A stretch of 64,000 nt of DNA from Flavobacteriales bacterium (GTDB lineage: Bacteria > Bacteroidota > Bacteroidia > Flavobacteriales_F > PHOS-HE28). The stretch covers positions 235,053-299,052 of the forward strand of contig JAWKNG010000003.1 of assembly GCA_041391845.1 (NCBI GenBank), written 5' to 3'. The notes below the pieces were generated by a model. The model ran no database searches, had not been told where the DNA came from, and saw only the letters and a list, made by a program, of their open reading frames with translations. Shown piece after piece: positions 41,845 to 51,895 of the stretch (its first letter is position 1; each line of letters begins with the position of its first letter). Made by a program: the position numbers and the translations under genes.

Positions 41845-42635
41845 CAGTTCTGTGAGTTCTGGATGACCGTATAGACCAATGCGGCTGTGCTCAAGGTCGA
41901 GAGCAGGATGGTGAACAGATCCAGGTTCAAACGACCGGCCCGTGCCCGCAAGGCGGGCACATAGACCACATCGTTCGGCAACAGGTAATAGTACTCCGAG
42001 CTAAGCACGTTCGAGTTGGACATGTCCACATAGACCGCCTGCACCCCCCTGTCGGTCTGGCGCATCACCTGCACATGGGACTTGTCAGCGAATTCGTTGG
42101 GACCGCCCGCCATGGACAACGCCTCCAGCAGGGTGATCTGGTTGTTGTAAATGAAATAGGAGCCTGGCCGCTGCACATCGCCAAGCACGCTCACCCTGAA
42201 ACTGACCAACTTCAGGATCACTGTGGCATTGGTGAAATAGTCGTTGATCTTCTTCTGTACCAACTCCTGGGCCTCGCCCACCGTGAGTCCCTGCACTTTG
42301 ATCTTGCCCACCGTGGGCAGCTGCACATGACCGTTGCGGTCAACGGAGAAGCCGTTCACATAAAGGGCTGCATCGTTCATGCCCATGATCGCGTTCTGGG
42401 ACTCCACGTTGAAGTAGCGGTGGGTCTGTTCGTCAAGGCCCAGTACACGGATGGACAGCACATCGTTCACCTGGACCCGGTACTCGAACTTGCGGTTCTC
42501 GAAGAGTTTACTGGCGCCTTCGCTCAACCCCGGATCTTCCAGGTAATTGATGTTGCGCCTGCCCACGCAGCCGGACAGCATCAGCATTGCAAGCAACAAA
42601 AGGGTCGAAGCCCTGAATTCAATCCTTGTTCGCAT
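41844..42635 (-). CDS. wza: Polysaccharide export outer-membrane lipoprotein (Wza-like)
   Basis: It has a lipoprotein signal (LLLLAMLMLSGC) and the Poly_export domain pattern. The ATG is at 42635. The longer ORF start is unlikely. Confidence 0.8.
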   Translation of the reverse strand: MRTRIEFRASTLLLLAMLMLSGCVGRRNINYLEDPGLSEGASKLFENRKFEYRVQVNDVLSIRVLGLDEQTHRYFNVESQNAIMGMNDAALYVNGFSVDRNGHVQLPTVGKIKVQGLTVGEAQELVQKKINDYFTNATVILKLVSFRVSVLGDVQRPGSYFIYNNQITLLEALSMAGGPNEFADKSHVQVMRQTDRGVQAVYVDMSNSNVLSSEYYYLLPNDVVYVPALRARAGRLNLDLFTILLSTLSTAALVYTVIQNSQN

Positions 42636-42701
42636 GTGATCTTCAGTTCGCCATTGCTCCGGCATGCAGTCCTTCGTCCACTTCCGAACGGACACGAAGG
42701 C

Positions 42702-42709
42702 CAAAGATA
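42702..42709 (-). promoter_or_regulatory. Candidate -7 promoter box (TATCTTTG) about 66 nt upstream of wza
   Basis: Matches the TAnnTTTG consensus on the minus strand. Confidence 0.25.
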
Positions 42710-42952
42710 CGCGCCCATGGCACCTGAGGTTTCGCCAGCTCCCTGAGCTGATGCGCCGTTCGACGGAGAGCACTGCCACATTGGACCGACGATCCTAACG
42801 ACCGCATGAGCGACCGATGTACGGGTCCCGAACGGAGCGTGCGCATGGCGAGGCCGTGCTCACTGGTGGGACAGGCGGAGGGGAGCTGCGGTCGAAGTGG
42901 AGGTGCGCTCCCCGGCAGAAGGGCGTGCGGTCGTTGCGCCGTGTACCACTGC

Positions 42953-42988
42953 AAAAAAAAGAGGACCCGCGCTGTGCGCGGGTCCTCT
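42953..42988 (-). terminator. Strong intrinsic terminator: 13-bp perfect stem (AGAGGACCCGCGC/GCGCGGGTCCTCT) followed by T8 on the minus strand, just 3' of tRNA-Glu
   Basis: Read directly from the sequence. Confidence 0.85.
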
Positions 42989-42993
42989 TACCG

Positions 42994-43065
42994 TAGCCCG
43001 TAGGGGAATCGAACCCCTGTTTCATCCGTGAAAGGGACGCGTCCTAACCCCTAGACGAACGGGCC
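42994..43065 (-). tRNA. tRNA-Glu (anticodon UUC), CCA not encoded
   Basis: The cloverleaf folds by hand: acceptor GGCCCGT/ACGGGCT, D-arm with GG, anticodon loop CTTTCAC, T-arm AGGGG-TTCGATT-CCCCT. Confidence 0.85.
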
Positions 43066-43156
43066 ATTACACTCCCCGTTACCCGGGGGTTCCTGTTAAG
43101 GGAGCGCAAATGTAAGCAGCCCGTATGGATCTGTGCAAATGCGCACACCGTTTCGT

Positions 43157-43849
43157 TCAGCCTTGCGGCGGATCGTCCGCTTGGAAGCGGAATCCGAGCC
43201 GCTTCCCAGTGCTCACCGGAGCCGCTCTCAGTTCGTTCATCTCACTCACCGTCACCTGGTTCGCCTGGTCATATGGCGGTGCCAGGAGGTCGAACTCGAG
43301 CACATGCAGCACCACGCTCTCCAGGATGGCGCGGAGACCCGCTCGATCGAGGGTCGCGTTCACCAGGTCGTTGTAGAGGAACCCGAGCTGTTTCTTGCCC
43401 TGCACGAAGAAATGCCCTTCCTTATTGAGGAAAATGCGAGCGACCAGGTAGCCCAGATCACGCTCACGATTGTACTTGAAGGAATCGTTCAGGAAGTTGA
43501 ACACGTTCACCACGCCGAAGTAGCCCCGCGTCTCATCCTCCTCGAGGTAGCTGGTACGCCACAGGCTATGCCCCTGGTCGAGGCGAAAGACGTTGGTGTG
43601 CATCTGGAAAATGACCAGATCGCCTGCGATACGGGCCTCACAGCCATGTTCACCACGGTCCCGGTAGTGAAGCGCCAGTCGCTCATCCTTGCCGCTGGTG
43701 TCCGCTGCCAGCCGGGACACCACCCCCTCAAGCTCCTCCTTCAGGTCCTTGAACAGGTCCATGGTCCGATGGAACACGTCCTGCTTCATGCAGGACTTGC
43801 TCAGCAGCGTATTGACGATGCGTTGATGTTGTTCGCTGGCTTGTTCCAT
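43157..43849 (-). CDS. Hypothetical protein (230 aa)
   Basis: An ORF with coding-like composition; no domain recognised. Confidence 0.45.
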   Translation of the reverse strand: MEQASEQHQRIVNTLLSKSCMKQDVFHRTMDLFKDLKEELEGVVSRLAADTSGKDERLALHYRDRGEHGCEARIAGDLVIFQMHTNVFRLDQGHSLWRTSYLEEDETRGYFGVVNVFNFLNDSFKYNRERDLGYLVARIFLNKEGHFFVQGKKQLGFLYNDLVNATLDRAGLRAILESVVLHVLEFDLLAPPYDQANQVTVSEMNELRAAPVSTGKRLGFRFQADDPPQG

Positions 43850-45318
43850 CAGTAGGCGCGGGCGAAGATCACACGACGGGCGCTGGGCTTACCCGTGACC
43901 ATGCAGTGGCCGGGTGTGGCATCACCGTCCAGAGGAATACACCGGATGGTGGCTTTTGTTTCCTCCTTCACACGCGCCTCGGTCTCGGCCGTGCCATCCC
44001 AGTGGGCGAGCAGGAAGCCGCCCTTCTCGATCTCCACCTTGAACTCTTCATAGCTGTTCACCGCACGGGTGAAGGCTTCCCGCATGGCCAGCGCCTTCTG
44101 GTACAGGTTGCTCTGGATGGCCTCCAGCAGGTGGGCCACCTTGTCGGTCAGGTCGGTCACCTGCATCACCTGCTTCTCCATGGTGTCGCGGCGGGCGACC
44201 TCCACAGTGCCGTTCTCCATGTCGCGCGGACCGATGGCGATGCGAACAGGACAGCCCTTGAACTCATATTCGGCGAACTTCCAGCCCGGCTTCTTGGTAT
44301 CGTCATCGTCGAACTTCACACTGATGCCTTTGTCACGCAACGCATCGAGCACCGGCTTGATATAGGCATGCAGGGCGGCCAGCTGCTCTTCATTGCGGGC
44401 GATCGGCACCACGGCCACCTGGATGGGCGCGAGCTTGGGAGGCAACACGAGACCGTGATCGTCGCTGTGGGTCATGATCAACGCACCCATCAAGCGGGTG
44501 CTGACCCCCCAGCTGGTGGCCCATACGTGCTCCTGCTTGTTCTCCTTGGTGGTGAACAGCACATCGAACGCTTTGGCGAAGTTCTGACCCAGGAAGTGCG
44601 AAGTACCGGCCTGCAGCGCCTTGCCATCCTGCATCATGGCTTCAATGCAATAGGTCTCCTCAGCGCCTGCGAAGCGCTCGCTGGCGGTCTTGATGCCTTT
44701 GATCACCGGCATTGCCAGCCATTCCTCGGCGAAGACCCGGTATACCTCCAGCATGCGCTCGGTCTCCGCAATGGCCTCCTCTTTGCTTGCATGGGCGGTG
44801 TGTCCCTCCTGCCACAGGAACTCTGCCGTGCGCAGGAAAAGCCGCGTGCGCATCTCCCAGCGCACCACATTGGCCCATTGGTTGATCAGCAGCGGCAGGT
44901 CGCGGTAGCTCTTGACCCAGCCCCGGTAAGTGTTCCAGATGATGGTCTCACTGGTGGGTCGCACGATCAGCTCCTCCTCCAACCTGGCTTCAGGGTCAAC
45001 AACGACACCATGCACCGGATCGCTCTTCAAGCGGTAATGCGTCACTACGGCACATTCTTTCGCAAAACCCTCCACATGGCTCGCCTCCTTGGCCAGGTAG
45101 CTCTTGGGGATGAAGAGCGGGAAGTAGGCATTGACGTGCCCGGTAGCCTTGAACATGTCGTCCAACGCGCGCTGCATCCGCTCCCAGATGGCATAGCCAT
45201 GCGGCTTGATGACCATGCAGCCCCGCACATCGCTGTGCTCGGCCAGATCGGCCTTCAGTACCAGGTCGTTGTACCACTGCGCGTAATCCTCCGCTCGCTT
45301 GGTGAGTTGATCGGCCAT
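43849..45318 (-). CDS. proS: Proline--tRNA ligase (archaeal/eukaryotic-type ProRS)
   Basis: It has class II aaRS motifs and a length and pattern typical of Bacteroidota ProRS. The ATG at 45318 gives [16 protein letters not shown]. Confidence 0.9.
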   Translation of the reverse strand: MADQLTKRAEDYAQWYNDLVLKADLAEHSDVRGCMVIKPHGYAIWERMQRALDDMFKATGHVNAYFPLFIPKSYLAKEASHVEGFAKECAVVTHYRLKSDPVHGVVVDPEARLEEELIVRPTSETIIWNTYRGWVKSYRDLPLLINQWANVVRWEMRTRLFLRTAEFLWQEGHTAHASKEEAIAETERMLEVYRVFAEEWLAMPVIKGIKTASERFAGAEETYCIEAMMQDGKALQAGTSHFLGQNFAKAFDVLFTTKENKQEHVWATSWGVSTRLMGALIMTHSDDHGLVLPPKLAPIQVAVVPIARNEEQLAALHAYIKPVLDALRDKGISVKFDDDDTKKPGWKFAEYEFKGCPVRIAIGPRDMENGTVEVARRDTMEKQVMQVTDLTDKVAHLLEAIQSNLYQKALAMREAFTRAVNSYEEFKVEIEKGGFLLAHWDGTAETEARVKEETKATIRCIPLDGDATPGHCMVTGKPSARRVIFARAY

Positions 45319-45405
45319 GGCGACCTTTTGTGGTATTATTTTTGTTCTGGTTGGCGTGGCGAAGGTACACATGCCCAGCCAGCGTTCCTGTTACACCGGA
45401 CCTTG

Positions 45406-46509
45406 ATGACCCGCAACACCATGAGAAGATCACTGAACATATCGCTCCTGTTGCTCACGGTCCTGCTCGTTGCCTCGTGCGGGAGCATGCAGAACGCCAC
45501 CGCCGTGCGCGACGATGTGTATTACATGCCCTCTGATGCACCCATTGAAGCGAACAAACCGACCCCCAGCCCGGAGGAGCGGTCACGCATGGAGCCGGTG
45601 CAGCCTGGGGAGCAGGGCGCGGACGACTATTACGACCCCGGTGTGGCCCAGGAACAAGGGTGCCGCACCTACTACGATATGGCCTACAACGACCCGTTCT
45701 TCTACAACTATGGGCGTTTCGGCTTCGGCACACAACTGGGCTGGCGCTCTGGCTGGAACGGCCCGGGCTGGGGCATGGGCATTGGTTGGAACGACCCGTG
45801 GATGAACCTGAGCTTCGGATGGGGCAGTCCGTACATGGATCCATGGGGCAGGCCATGGGGTGGCTTCGGCTATTTCGGCTGGAACGACCCTTATGGAATG
45901 AACGGTCCATGGGGGTGGAACCAGCCTTGGGGATGGAACAGGCCCTGGGGGTGGAACCGGCCTTGGATGTATGACCCGTGGGGACCAGGCCCCTATCATG
46001 GCCCGTGGGGGGGCTGCTGGACCTGCTACTCCCCGGTCATCATCGGAGGCGGGAACCAAGTGGTGGTGCGTCCACGGACGGGCCTGAATGGGGGTACACG
46101 CGGCGTGACGAGCGGCCAGCCCCGGGTCGTTGCGCGTGACCCTGCCGGATTGCGCCCCACCACCCGCCAGACCCCGGTGATGCGCGAGACACAGCGCAAC
46201 GTCAACACCTCTCGACCACAGGTGGGGCGTGTTCCCGGTGAACGCATCGACCCAGGCATTCAGCGCGACAACGGCGGTCAGCGGACCACGCCGGGCCGCA
46301 CCACCCCACAACGAGGTACAACGCCGCGCCCGAACATCCAGCAACGCGAGGCTCCCAGCCGCAACGGTGGCGGTATCCGTGGCGGCGGATCCCTTGGCGG
46401 AGGTGGTTCGGTGGCTCCGTCCCGTGACAGTGGCGGTGGCCGCAGTGGCGGTAGCATTGGCGGCGGCGGTGGCGGCGGAAGTCGGAACGGTGGCTCCCGT
46501 CCACGCTGA
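45406..46509 (+). CDS. Lipoprotein with Trp/Gly/Asn/Pro-rich tandem repeats (GWNxPWGWN...) and a Gly/Arg/Ser-rich C-terminal tail
   Basis: It has a lipobox (LLVASCGS). Residues ~100-200 are dominated by W-G-N-P repeats, which are visible at the DNA level around 45900-45965. Confidence 0.6.
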   Translation: MTRNTMRRSLNISLLLLTVLLVASCGSMQNATAVRDDVYYMPSDAPIEANKPTPSPEERSRMEPVQPGEQGADDYYDPGVAQEQGCRTYYDMAYNDPFFYNYGRFGFGTQLGWRSGWNGPGWGMGIGWNDPWMNLSFGWGSPYMDPWGRPWGGFGYFGWNDPYGMNGPWGWNQPWGWNRPWGWNRPWMYDPWGPGPYHGPWGGCWTCYSPVIIGGGNQVVVRPRTGLNGGTRGVTSGQPRVVARDPAGLRPTTRQTPVMRETQRNVNTSRPQVGRVPGERIDPGIQRDNGGQRTTPGRTTPQRGTTPRPNIQQREAPSRNGGGIRGGGSLGGGGSVAPSRDSGGGRSGGSIGGGGGGGSRNGGSRPR

Positions 46510-46521
46510 ACCATACGGACC

Positions 46522-48021
46522 ATGAGCATGCGTTACGCCTTCGTGGCCCTGGTGGCCGGCACCTTGATGGGTGCCGGGCAAGTGCAGGCACAGACCGAAG
46601 AGGATGCGCTTCGCCTCGGTACGCTGCGCCCCGGCGGCACGGCCCGTAGCGCCGGCCTTGCCAATGCCTTCGGTGCCGTGGGGGCCGACCCGGCGGCCAT
46701 TGGTATCAACCCCGCAGGTTTCGGGCTCTATCGGACCAATGAGTTGAGCATCACCCCGCTCGTGGAGGTGAACGATGCCGATGCCACCACTTACGGATCG
46801 ACCACCGGTGATACCCGCTCGCGCTTTGCCATCAACAACCTGGCATTGATCATCAACGATCCGGCAAAGGCAGGCAGTGAGTGGCGCAGCAGCACCTATG
46901 GGGTGGTCATGGACAGGCAGGAAAGCCACAACCGACGTACACAGGCGTCGGCAAGGGATGTGAACAGCACCTTCCTCGAAGGCTTGGCGATCGATGCGGA
47001 CGGCATCTGGCAACAGGACCTCTATGATGCCCTGCCCTTCACCGCTGGTCTGGCATGGGAGACCTACGCCATTGACCCGCTCGACCCCAACGACAGCCTC
47101 AGTACCACTTACCTGCCTGCGATCCCCTTCGGATCGCCGACAGAGCAGCTGCACACCATCGATGCGCGTGGTGCCAATAGCAATACCGCGTTCTTCTATT
47201 CCGGCAACTACATGGACAAGCTCTACCTCGGCATGTCCATCGGCATCACTGCGCACCGCTACCGCCGGACCACGACCCATCAGGAGACCTCACAGGACGA
47301 AGCCCTTGACCTGGAGACCGCCACCTGGACGGAGCAGCTCAGCACCACGGGCACAGGGATCAACGTGAAGGTCGGAGCCATCGGACGCATCAACGAACGG
47401 CTTCGCCTCGGGGCTTCGTTCCACAGTCCCCAATGGATGCAGCTCAGCGATGCCTACACCAGCGATATGGTCACCACATTCCGCAGCTTGGACTCGCTCG
47501 GTCGCGATCGCTACTCTTCGTCATCGCCTGATGGGGTGTACACATACCGCATCCAAACCCCCTGGCGGGTGGTCGCAAGTGCAGCGTACATCGCTGGCAG
47601 GAACGGGCTGGTGAGCTTGGACTATGAATTCCATGACCCCAGGCGGTCGCGTTTCCGTTCCAGTGACCGCTTGGTCAATACGTACGATTATCGGGCTGAG
47701 AACGATGCGATCCGGACCAGCTTCACGCCTGTGCACAGCCTGCGGGTAGGTACCGAATGGCGCTTCGGCACCTGGTACTACCGAATGGGATGGGCCCTGA
47801 GCACCAACACATATGATGAGCAGGATGCCAGGCACGGTTCCGCATGGAAGAACTATGCCGGCGGCATGGGCTATCGGAATGACCACGTCGCCGTTGACCT
47901 TGGCGTCAACGTCGGTCTCCAACAGGATCGCTACTTCCCTTACGCCGCCTATTTGGTGAACAGTACCACAGTGGACCGCCGCGACCTTCGGTTCATGGTC
48001 ACTGTGAGCCTTCGCACTTGA
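46522..48021 (+). CDS. FadL/TodX-family outer-membrane beta-barrel protein
   Basis: It has a signal peptide, the N-terminal GTARSAGLANAFGAVGADPAAIGINPAG hatch-domain motif, and alternating beta-strand periodicity. Confidence 0.6.
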   Translation: MSMRYAFVALVAGTLMGAGQVQAQTEEDALRLGTLRPGGTARSAGLANAFGAVGADPAAIGINPAGFGLYRTNELSITPLVEVNDADATTYGSTTGDTRSRFAINNLALIINDPAKAGSEWRSSTYGVVMDRQESHNRRTQASARDVNSTFLEGLAIDADGIWQQDLYDALPFTAGLAWETYAIDPLDPNDSLSTTYLPAIPFGSPTEQLHTIDARGANSNTAFFYSGNYMDKLYLGMSIGITAHRYRRTTTHQETSQDEALDLETATWTEQLSTTGTGINVKVGAIGRINERLRLGASFHSPQWMQLSDAYTSDMVTTFRSLDSLGRDRYSSSSPDGVYTYRIQTPWRVVASAAYIAGRNGLVSLDYEFHDPRRSRFRSSDRLVNTYDYRAENDAIRTSFTPVHSLRVGTEWRFGTWYYRMGWALSTNTYDEQDARHGSAWKNYAGGMGYRNDHVAVDLGVNVGLQQDRYFPYAAYLVNSTTVDRRDLRFMVTVSLRT

Positions 48022-48044
48022 GCCGCCGTGCGGTTCAAGTACGT

Positions 48045-48071
48045 AAAAGGCCGGGATCGCTCCCGGCCTTT
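48045..48071. terminator. Bidirectional intrinsic terminator (AAAA-GGCCGGGA-TCGC-TCCCGGCC-TTT) between convergent genes
   Basis: Read directly from the sequence; A/T tracts on both sides. Confidence 0.7.
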
Positions 48072-48090
48072 CGCTTTACGTCGATGCTTC

Positions 48091-48900
48091 TTAGGCGCCC
48101 TTCACACGGCCCACCACGTACTCGTCCACCAGGACGCGGCCGCAGTGTTCGCACACGATGATCTTCTTGTGGCTGCTGATGTCCAGCTGACGCTGGGGCG
48201 GGATGCTGTTGAAACAACCTCCGCACGAGCCCCGCTCAACCGGTACAACAGCGAGGCCGTTGCGGGTATTGCTGCGGATGCGATGGTAGGCGCTCAACAG
48301 GCGCTCTTCGATGTGCTTGGAGGCCGCATCACTTTCCTTCTGCAGCTCCTTCTCTTCCTTTTCGGTCTCGGCCACGATGTCGTCGAGCTCCTTCTTCTTC
48401 ACATCGAGGTCCTTCTGGCGCTCCTCCAGCTTTGAGCGGCTCTCCTCCACTACAGCACGCTTGGCGTCGATGGAGACCTTCGCCTCCTTGATGCGCTTTT
48501 CGGCGAGCTGGATCTCGAGGTTCTGGAACTCGATCTCCTTCGTGAGCGAATCGTACTCGCGGTTGTTGCGCACCTTGGCCTGCTGACCTTCGTACTTCTT
48601 GATCTGGGCCTTGGCCTCCTTGATCATGTTCTGGCGGTCGGTCACTTGACCTTCCACCTCGGCGAGCTCTTCCTGCAGCTTGTTAAGGCGGGTCTGCAGG
48701 CCGGCCACTTCATCTTCCAGGTCCTGCACCTCCAAGGGCAGTTCACCACGCTGGACCTTGATACGGTCCACCTGCGAATCGATATGCTGCAACCGGTAAA
48801 GCTCCACGAGCTTCTCGGCGACCGAAACATCGGCCTTGCTGATGGTCCTCTTCTCCGAAGCGGCTTTGGGGGCCGGATCCTTCACGTCGCTCTTCGCCAT
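48091..48900 (-). CDS. Zinc-ribbon domain protein with a long coiled coil (COG1579/DUF164-like)
   Basis: It has a C-terminal CGGC...CEHCGRVLV zinc ribbon and an extensive heptad-repeat region. Confidence 0.7.
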   Translation of the reverse strand: MAKSDVKDPAPKAASEKRTISKADVSVAEKLVELYRLQHIDSQVDRIKVQRGELPLEVQDLEDEVAGLQTRLNKLQEELAEVEGQVTDRQNMIKEAKAQIKKYEGQQAKVRNNREYDSLTKEIEFQNLEIQLAEKRIKEAKVSIDAKRAVVEESRSKLEERQKDLDVKKKELDDIVAETEKEEKELQKESDAASKHIEERLLSAYHRIRSNTRNGLAVVPVERGSCGGCFNSIPPQRQLDISSHKKIIVCEHCGRVLVDEYVVGRVKGA

Positions 48901-48903
48901 TGG

Positions 48904-49998
48904 TCAGGAATGATGGATGGGATCCGTGACGGTTTCCGTCAAACGGACCGCAAAGGTAGGGAAAAGTTCCCTTAACCGGCGCTGGATCAGGTGCATGGTG
49001 TACTGCTCGCTGCCGTAGTGCCCGATATCGGCCACCACCAACCGACCGTCCGCATCGAAGAACTCATGGTACTTCACATCGCCGGTGAGGTACATGTCCG
49101 CCCCCGCCGCCTTTGCCCGCCCGATCAAGAAGGCCCCGGAACCGCCACAGATCGCCACCCGCAGAACGGTCCTGCCGAGCAACCGGGTGTGCCGCACCAC
49201 CTGCAGCCCGAAGACCTCCTTCACCCGGGCCAGGAAGGCCTCCTCGGCCAGTGCCTCAGGCAGCTCGCCCACCATGCCCGCCCCCACCCCCGGGTGCTCG
49301 TTCGCCAACGGGACCAGGTCGTAGGCCACCTCCTCGTACGGATGTGCAGCTCGCATGGCCGCCAGCACGGCGCGTTCGATCGCCACCGGAACGATGAACT
49401 CCAGCCGGAACTCGGACACCAGTTCCCGCTGCCCTTGCACTCCGACGAACGGGGTTGATCCCGGTCCGGCACGGAACGTACCCATACCGCACACCGTGAA
49501 GCTGCATTCGTCGTAGTTGCCGATATGCCCCGCTCCCGCTGCGAACACCGCATTCCGAACACCATCGGCATGGTCCACGGGTACGTACACCACCAGCTTG
49601 CGGAGCTGACCGGCCTTCGGCGCGAGCACCCGCGTATCCTGCAATCCCAACCGCGCGGCGATCTCCGCGTTCACCCCGCTGTACACATTATCGAGGTTGG
49701 TATGGATGGCGTACAGCGCGATGTTGTGCCGGATGGCCGCCAGAACGGTGCGCTCCACGTAACCACCGCCGCTCAGGCTCTTCAGTCCACGGAAGATCAC
49801 CGGGTGATGGCTGATGATAAGCCCACATCCCAGACGGGCCGCTTCCTCCACCACAGCCTCCGTACAGTCCAGGCACACCAACGCACTGGCCACCTCGGTC
49901 TCCGGGTCGCCCACCTGCAAGCCGCTGTTGTCGTAATCCTCCTGCAAGGAACGCGGTGCCCAGGCCTCGAGGGCTGCTGTCAATTCTTTGATGCGCAT
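48904..49998 (-). CDS. Nif3-family dinuclear metal-centre protein (GTP cyclohydrolase 1 type 2 homolog)
   Basis: It has N-terminal DNSGLQVG...IISHHP and C-terminal metal-binding motifs. The ATG is at 49998. Confidence 0.8.
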   Translation of the reverse strand: MRIKELTAALEAWAPRSLQEDYDNSGLQVGDPETEVASALVCLDCTEAVVEEAARLGCGLIISHHPVIFRGLKSLSGGGYVERTVLAAIRHNIALYAIHTNLDNVYSGVNAEIAARLGLQDTRVLAPKAGQLRKLVVYVPVDHADGVRNAVFAAGAGHIGNYDECSFTVCGMGTFRAGPGSTPFVGVQGQRELVSEFRLEFIVPVAIERAVLAAMRAAHPYEEVAYDLVPLANEHPGVGAGMVGELPEALAEEAFLARVKEVFGLQVVRHTRLLGRTVLRVAICGGSGAFLIGRAKAAGADMYLTGDVKYHEFFDADGRLVVADIGHYGSEQYTMHLIQRRLRELFPTFAVRLTETVTDPIHHS

Positions 49999-50006
49999 CT
50001 TTCGCC

Positions 50007-51110
50007 TTGGAATTCGTTCCTGCAAAGTACGCGATGCTGTTCCGAAGGATCCTGTTCGCTCCGTTCACGCTGCTCATCGGCCTGGCTCTTGCCCTCCGGC
50101 ATGCGTTCTACGATGCAGGGCTGCTCAAGCGCACTCGGCCCTCGGTACCTACCATCGCCATTGGCAATCTGGCGCTGGGCGGAACGGGCAAAACGCCCAT
50201 GCTGGAACTGATCTTGCGGACGTTGGACCAGCAGTCCCCACTCGCCACGTTGAGCAGGGGTTATGGCCGCCGCGGTACCGACCTGCACGAGGTGCAGCCC
50301 ACGGATGATGCGGTACGCAGTGGCGATGAACCGGTGCAGGTGAAGCGCAACTTCCCCGCCGTGCGTGTGTTCGTTGGCGCAGACCGGGTCGCCGCCATCG
50401 CAGCGATACAGCACGCTATTCCTGATCTGAAGGCGGTCGTGCTCGATGATGCCCTGCAACACCGCGCCCTTGATGCCGGCCTCAACATCCTGCTCACCAC
50501 CTGGCAGCGGCCCTTCTGCGATGATGCACTGGTGCCTGCGGGCCGTCTGCGCGACCTGCGAAGCCGGGCAAAAGCCGCACACCTGGTGGTTGTCACCAAA
50601 TGCCCCAGCCTACCGACGCCTGCGCAGCAGGAACACTGGCGTTCACGCCTGGGACTGCGTGCCCATCAGCATCTGTTCTTCGCTGGCATAGCCTACCAGG
50701 CGCCTACCGTGGTGAAGAGCGCCGCTGGAGCAGGAGCCCCTGGTGCGTCCACCGAGCTGAAGACCACGAACGCACTCCTGGTAACGGGCATTGCGGACCC
50801 CGGACCGCTGGTGGAGCATCTACAAGGCCTGTTCGCCGGGGTGGAGCACTCCTCCTTCTCGGATCACCACGCCTTCAGCACCAGCGATGTGCAAAGCCTC
50901 GCAGCGCGAATGGCTAAATTCGCGGCCGGTCCGAAAATGCTGATCACCACTGAAAAGGACGCCGTGCGCCTGCTGCCCCTCTTGAACGGAGGTGTGTGGG
51001 ACGCGGTCCATGTAGCGGTGATCGGTATGCGGACCGTGATACTCAACGAACCCGAACACTTCGCCGACCTCATCCGCCGCCATGTTGCAACGCATCCAGC
51101 GCATCGCTGA
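50007..51110 (+). CDS. lpxK: Tetraacyldisaccharide 4'-kinase
   Basis: It has a P-loop (GNLALGGTGKTP) and an N-terminal membrane anchor. Confidence 0.8.
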   Translation: MEFVPAKYAMLFRRILFAPFTLLIGLALALRHAFYDAGLLKRTRPSVPTIAIGNLALGGTGKTPMLELILRTLDQQSPLATLSRGYGRRGTDLHEVQPTDDAVRSGDEPVQVKRNFPAVRVFVGADRVAAIAAIQHAIPDLKAVVLDDALQHRALDAGLNILLTTWQRPFCDDALVPAGRLRDLRSRAKAAHLVVVTKCPSLPTPAQQEHWRSRLGLRAHQHLFFAGIAYQAPTVVKSAAGAGAPGASTELKTTNALLVTGIADPGPLVEHLQGLFAGVEHSSFSDHHAFSTSDVQSLAARMAKFAAGPKMLITTEKDAVRLLPLLNGGVWDAVHVAVIGMRTVILNEPEHFADLIRRHVATHPAHR

Positions 51111-51894
51111 CCACTTGAAGAAGGCCACCGGAGGCTTCGCGCCAGAGACCGGCATCATCCTTGGCACCGGCCTGAGCGGCCTCGGCAAGGAGATCGACGT
51201 GAAGTATGCCATCCCCTACGGCGATATCCCTGAATTCCCGGTGAGCACCGTACAGGGCCATCCCGGCCGCCTGCTCTTCGGGCTGCTGGGTGGCAAGCCG
51301 GTGGTGGCCATGCAGGGACGCTTCCACTACTACGAAGGCTGGACCATGGACGAGGTGGTGTTGCCTGTCCGGGTAATGAAGTTCCTCGGCATCCAGCGCC
51401 TCTTCGTGAGCAATGCCTGCGGTGGCGTGAACCCCGCCTTCGAGACCGGCGACCTGATGATCCTCAACGACCACATCTGCCTGTTCCCGAATCCGCTCAT
51501 CGGCAAGAACATCGATGAGCTGGGACCGCGCTTCCCGGACATGAGCGAGCCGTACGACCACGCCCTCATCGCCAAAGCCAAGTCCATCGCAAAACAGCAT
51601 GGCATTGCGGTGCAGGAAGGGTGCTACGTGGGCCTCACCGGTCCCACGCTGGAGACGCCCGCCGAGTATCACTATGTGCGCGTGATCGGTGGCGATGCGG
51701 TGGGCATGAGCACCGTGCCTGAAGTGATCGCAGCGCGCCACATGGGCCTGCCCTGCTTCGCCATGAGCGTGATCACCGACATGGGCGTGAAGGGCCGCAT
51801 CGAGAAGACCACCCACGAAATGGTACAGCGCGTGGCCGAAGGGGCCGAGCCGAAGCTCACCCGCATCATGAAGGACCTTATCGCCAGCTGCTGA
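51082..51894 (+). CDS. Purine nucleoside phosphorylase (PNP family I, PunA-like)
   Basis: The GIILGTGLSGLG...HYYEGW...VSNACGG motifs are present. Confidence 0.85.
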   Translation: MLQRIQRIADHLKKATGGFAPETGIILGTGLSGLGKEIDVKYAIPYGDIPEFPVSTVQGHPGRLLFGLLGGKPVVAMQGRFHYYEGWTMDEVVLPVRVMKFLGIQRLFVSNACGGVNPAFETGDLMILNDHICLFPNPLIGKNIDELGPRFPDMSEPYDHALIAKAKSIAKQHGIAVQEGCYVGLTGPTLETPAEYHYVRVIGGDAVGMSTVPEVIAARHMGLPCFAMSVITDMGVKGRIEKTTHEMVQRVAEGAEPKLTRIMKDLIASC

Positions 51895-51895
51895 C

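Noticed and set aside
42994-43065. Encoded CCA end on tRNA-Glu
   Set aside because: The three nucleotides 3' of the discriminator are CGG, not CCA. The CCA is presumably added post-transcriptionally.
43906-46509. 867-aa plus-strand ORF
   Set aside because: Its first 500 codons are antisense to proS. The real gene is the lipoprotein starting at 45406, which has a signal peptide and lipobox.
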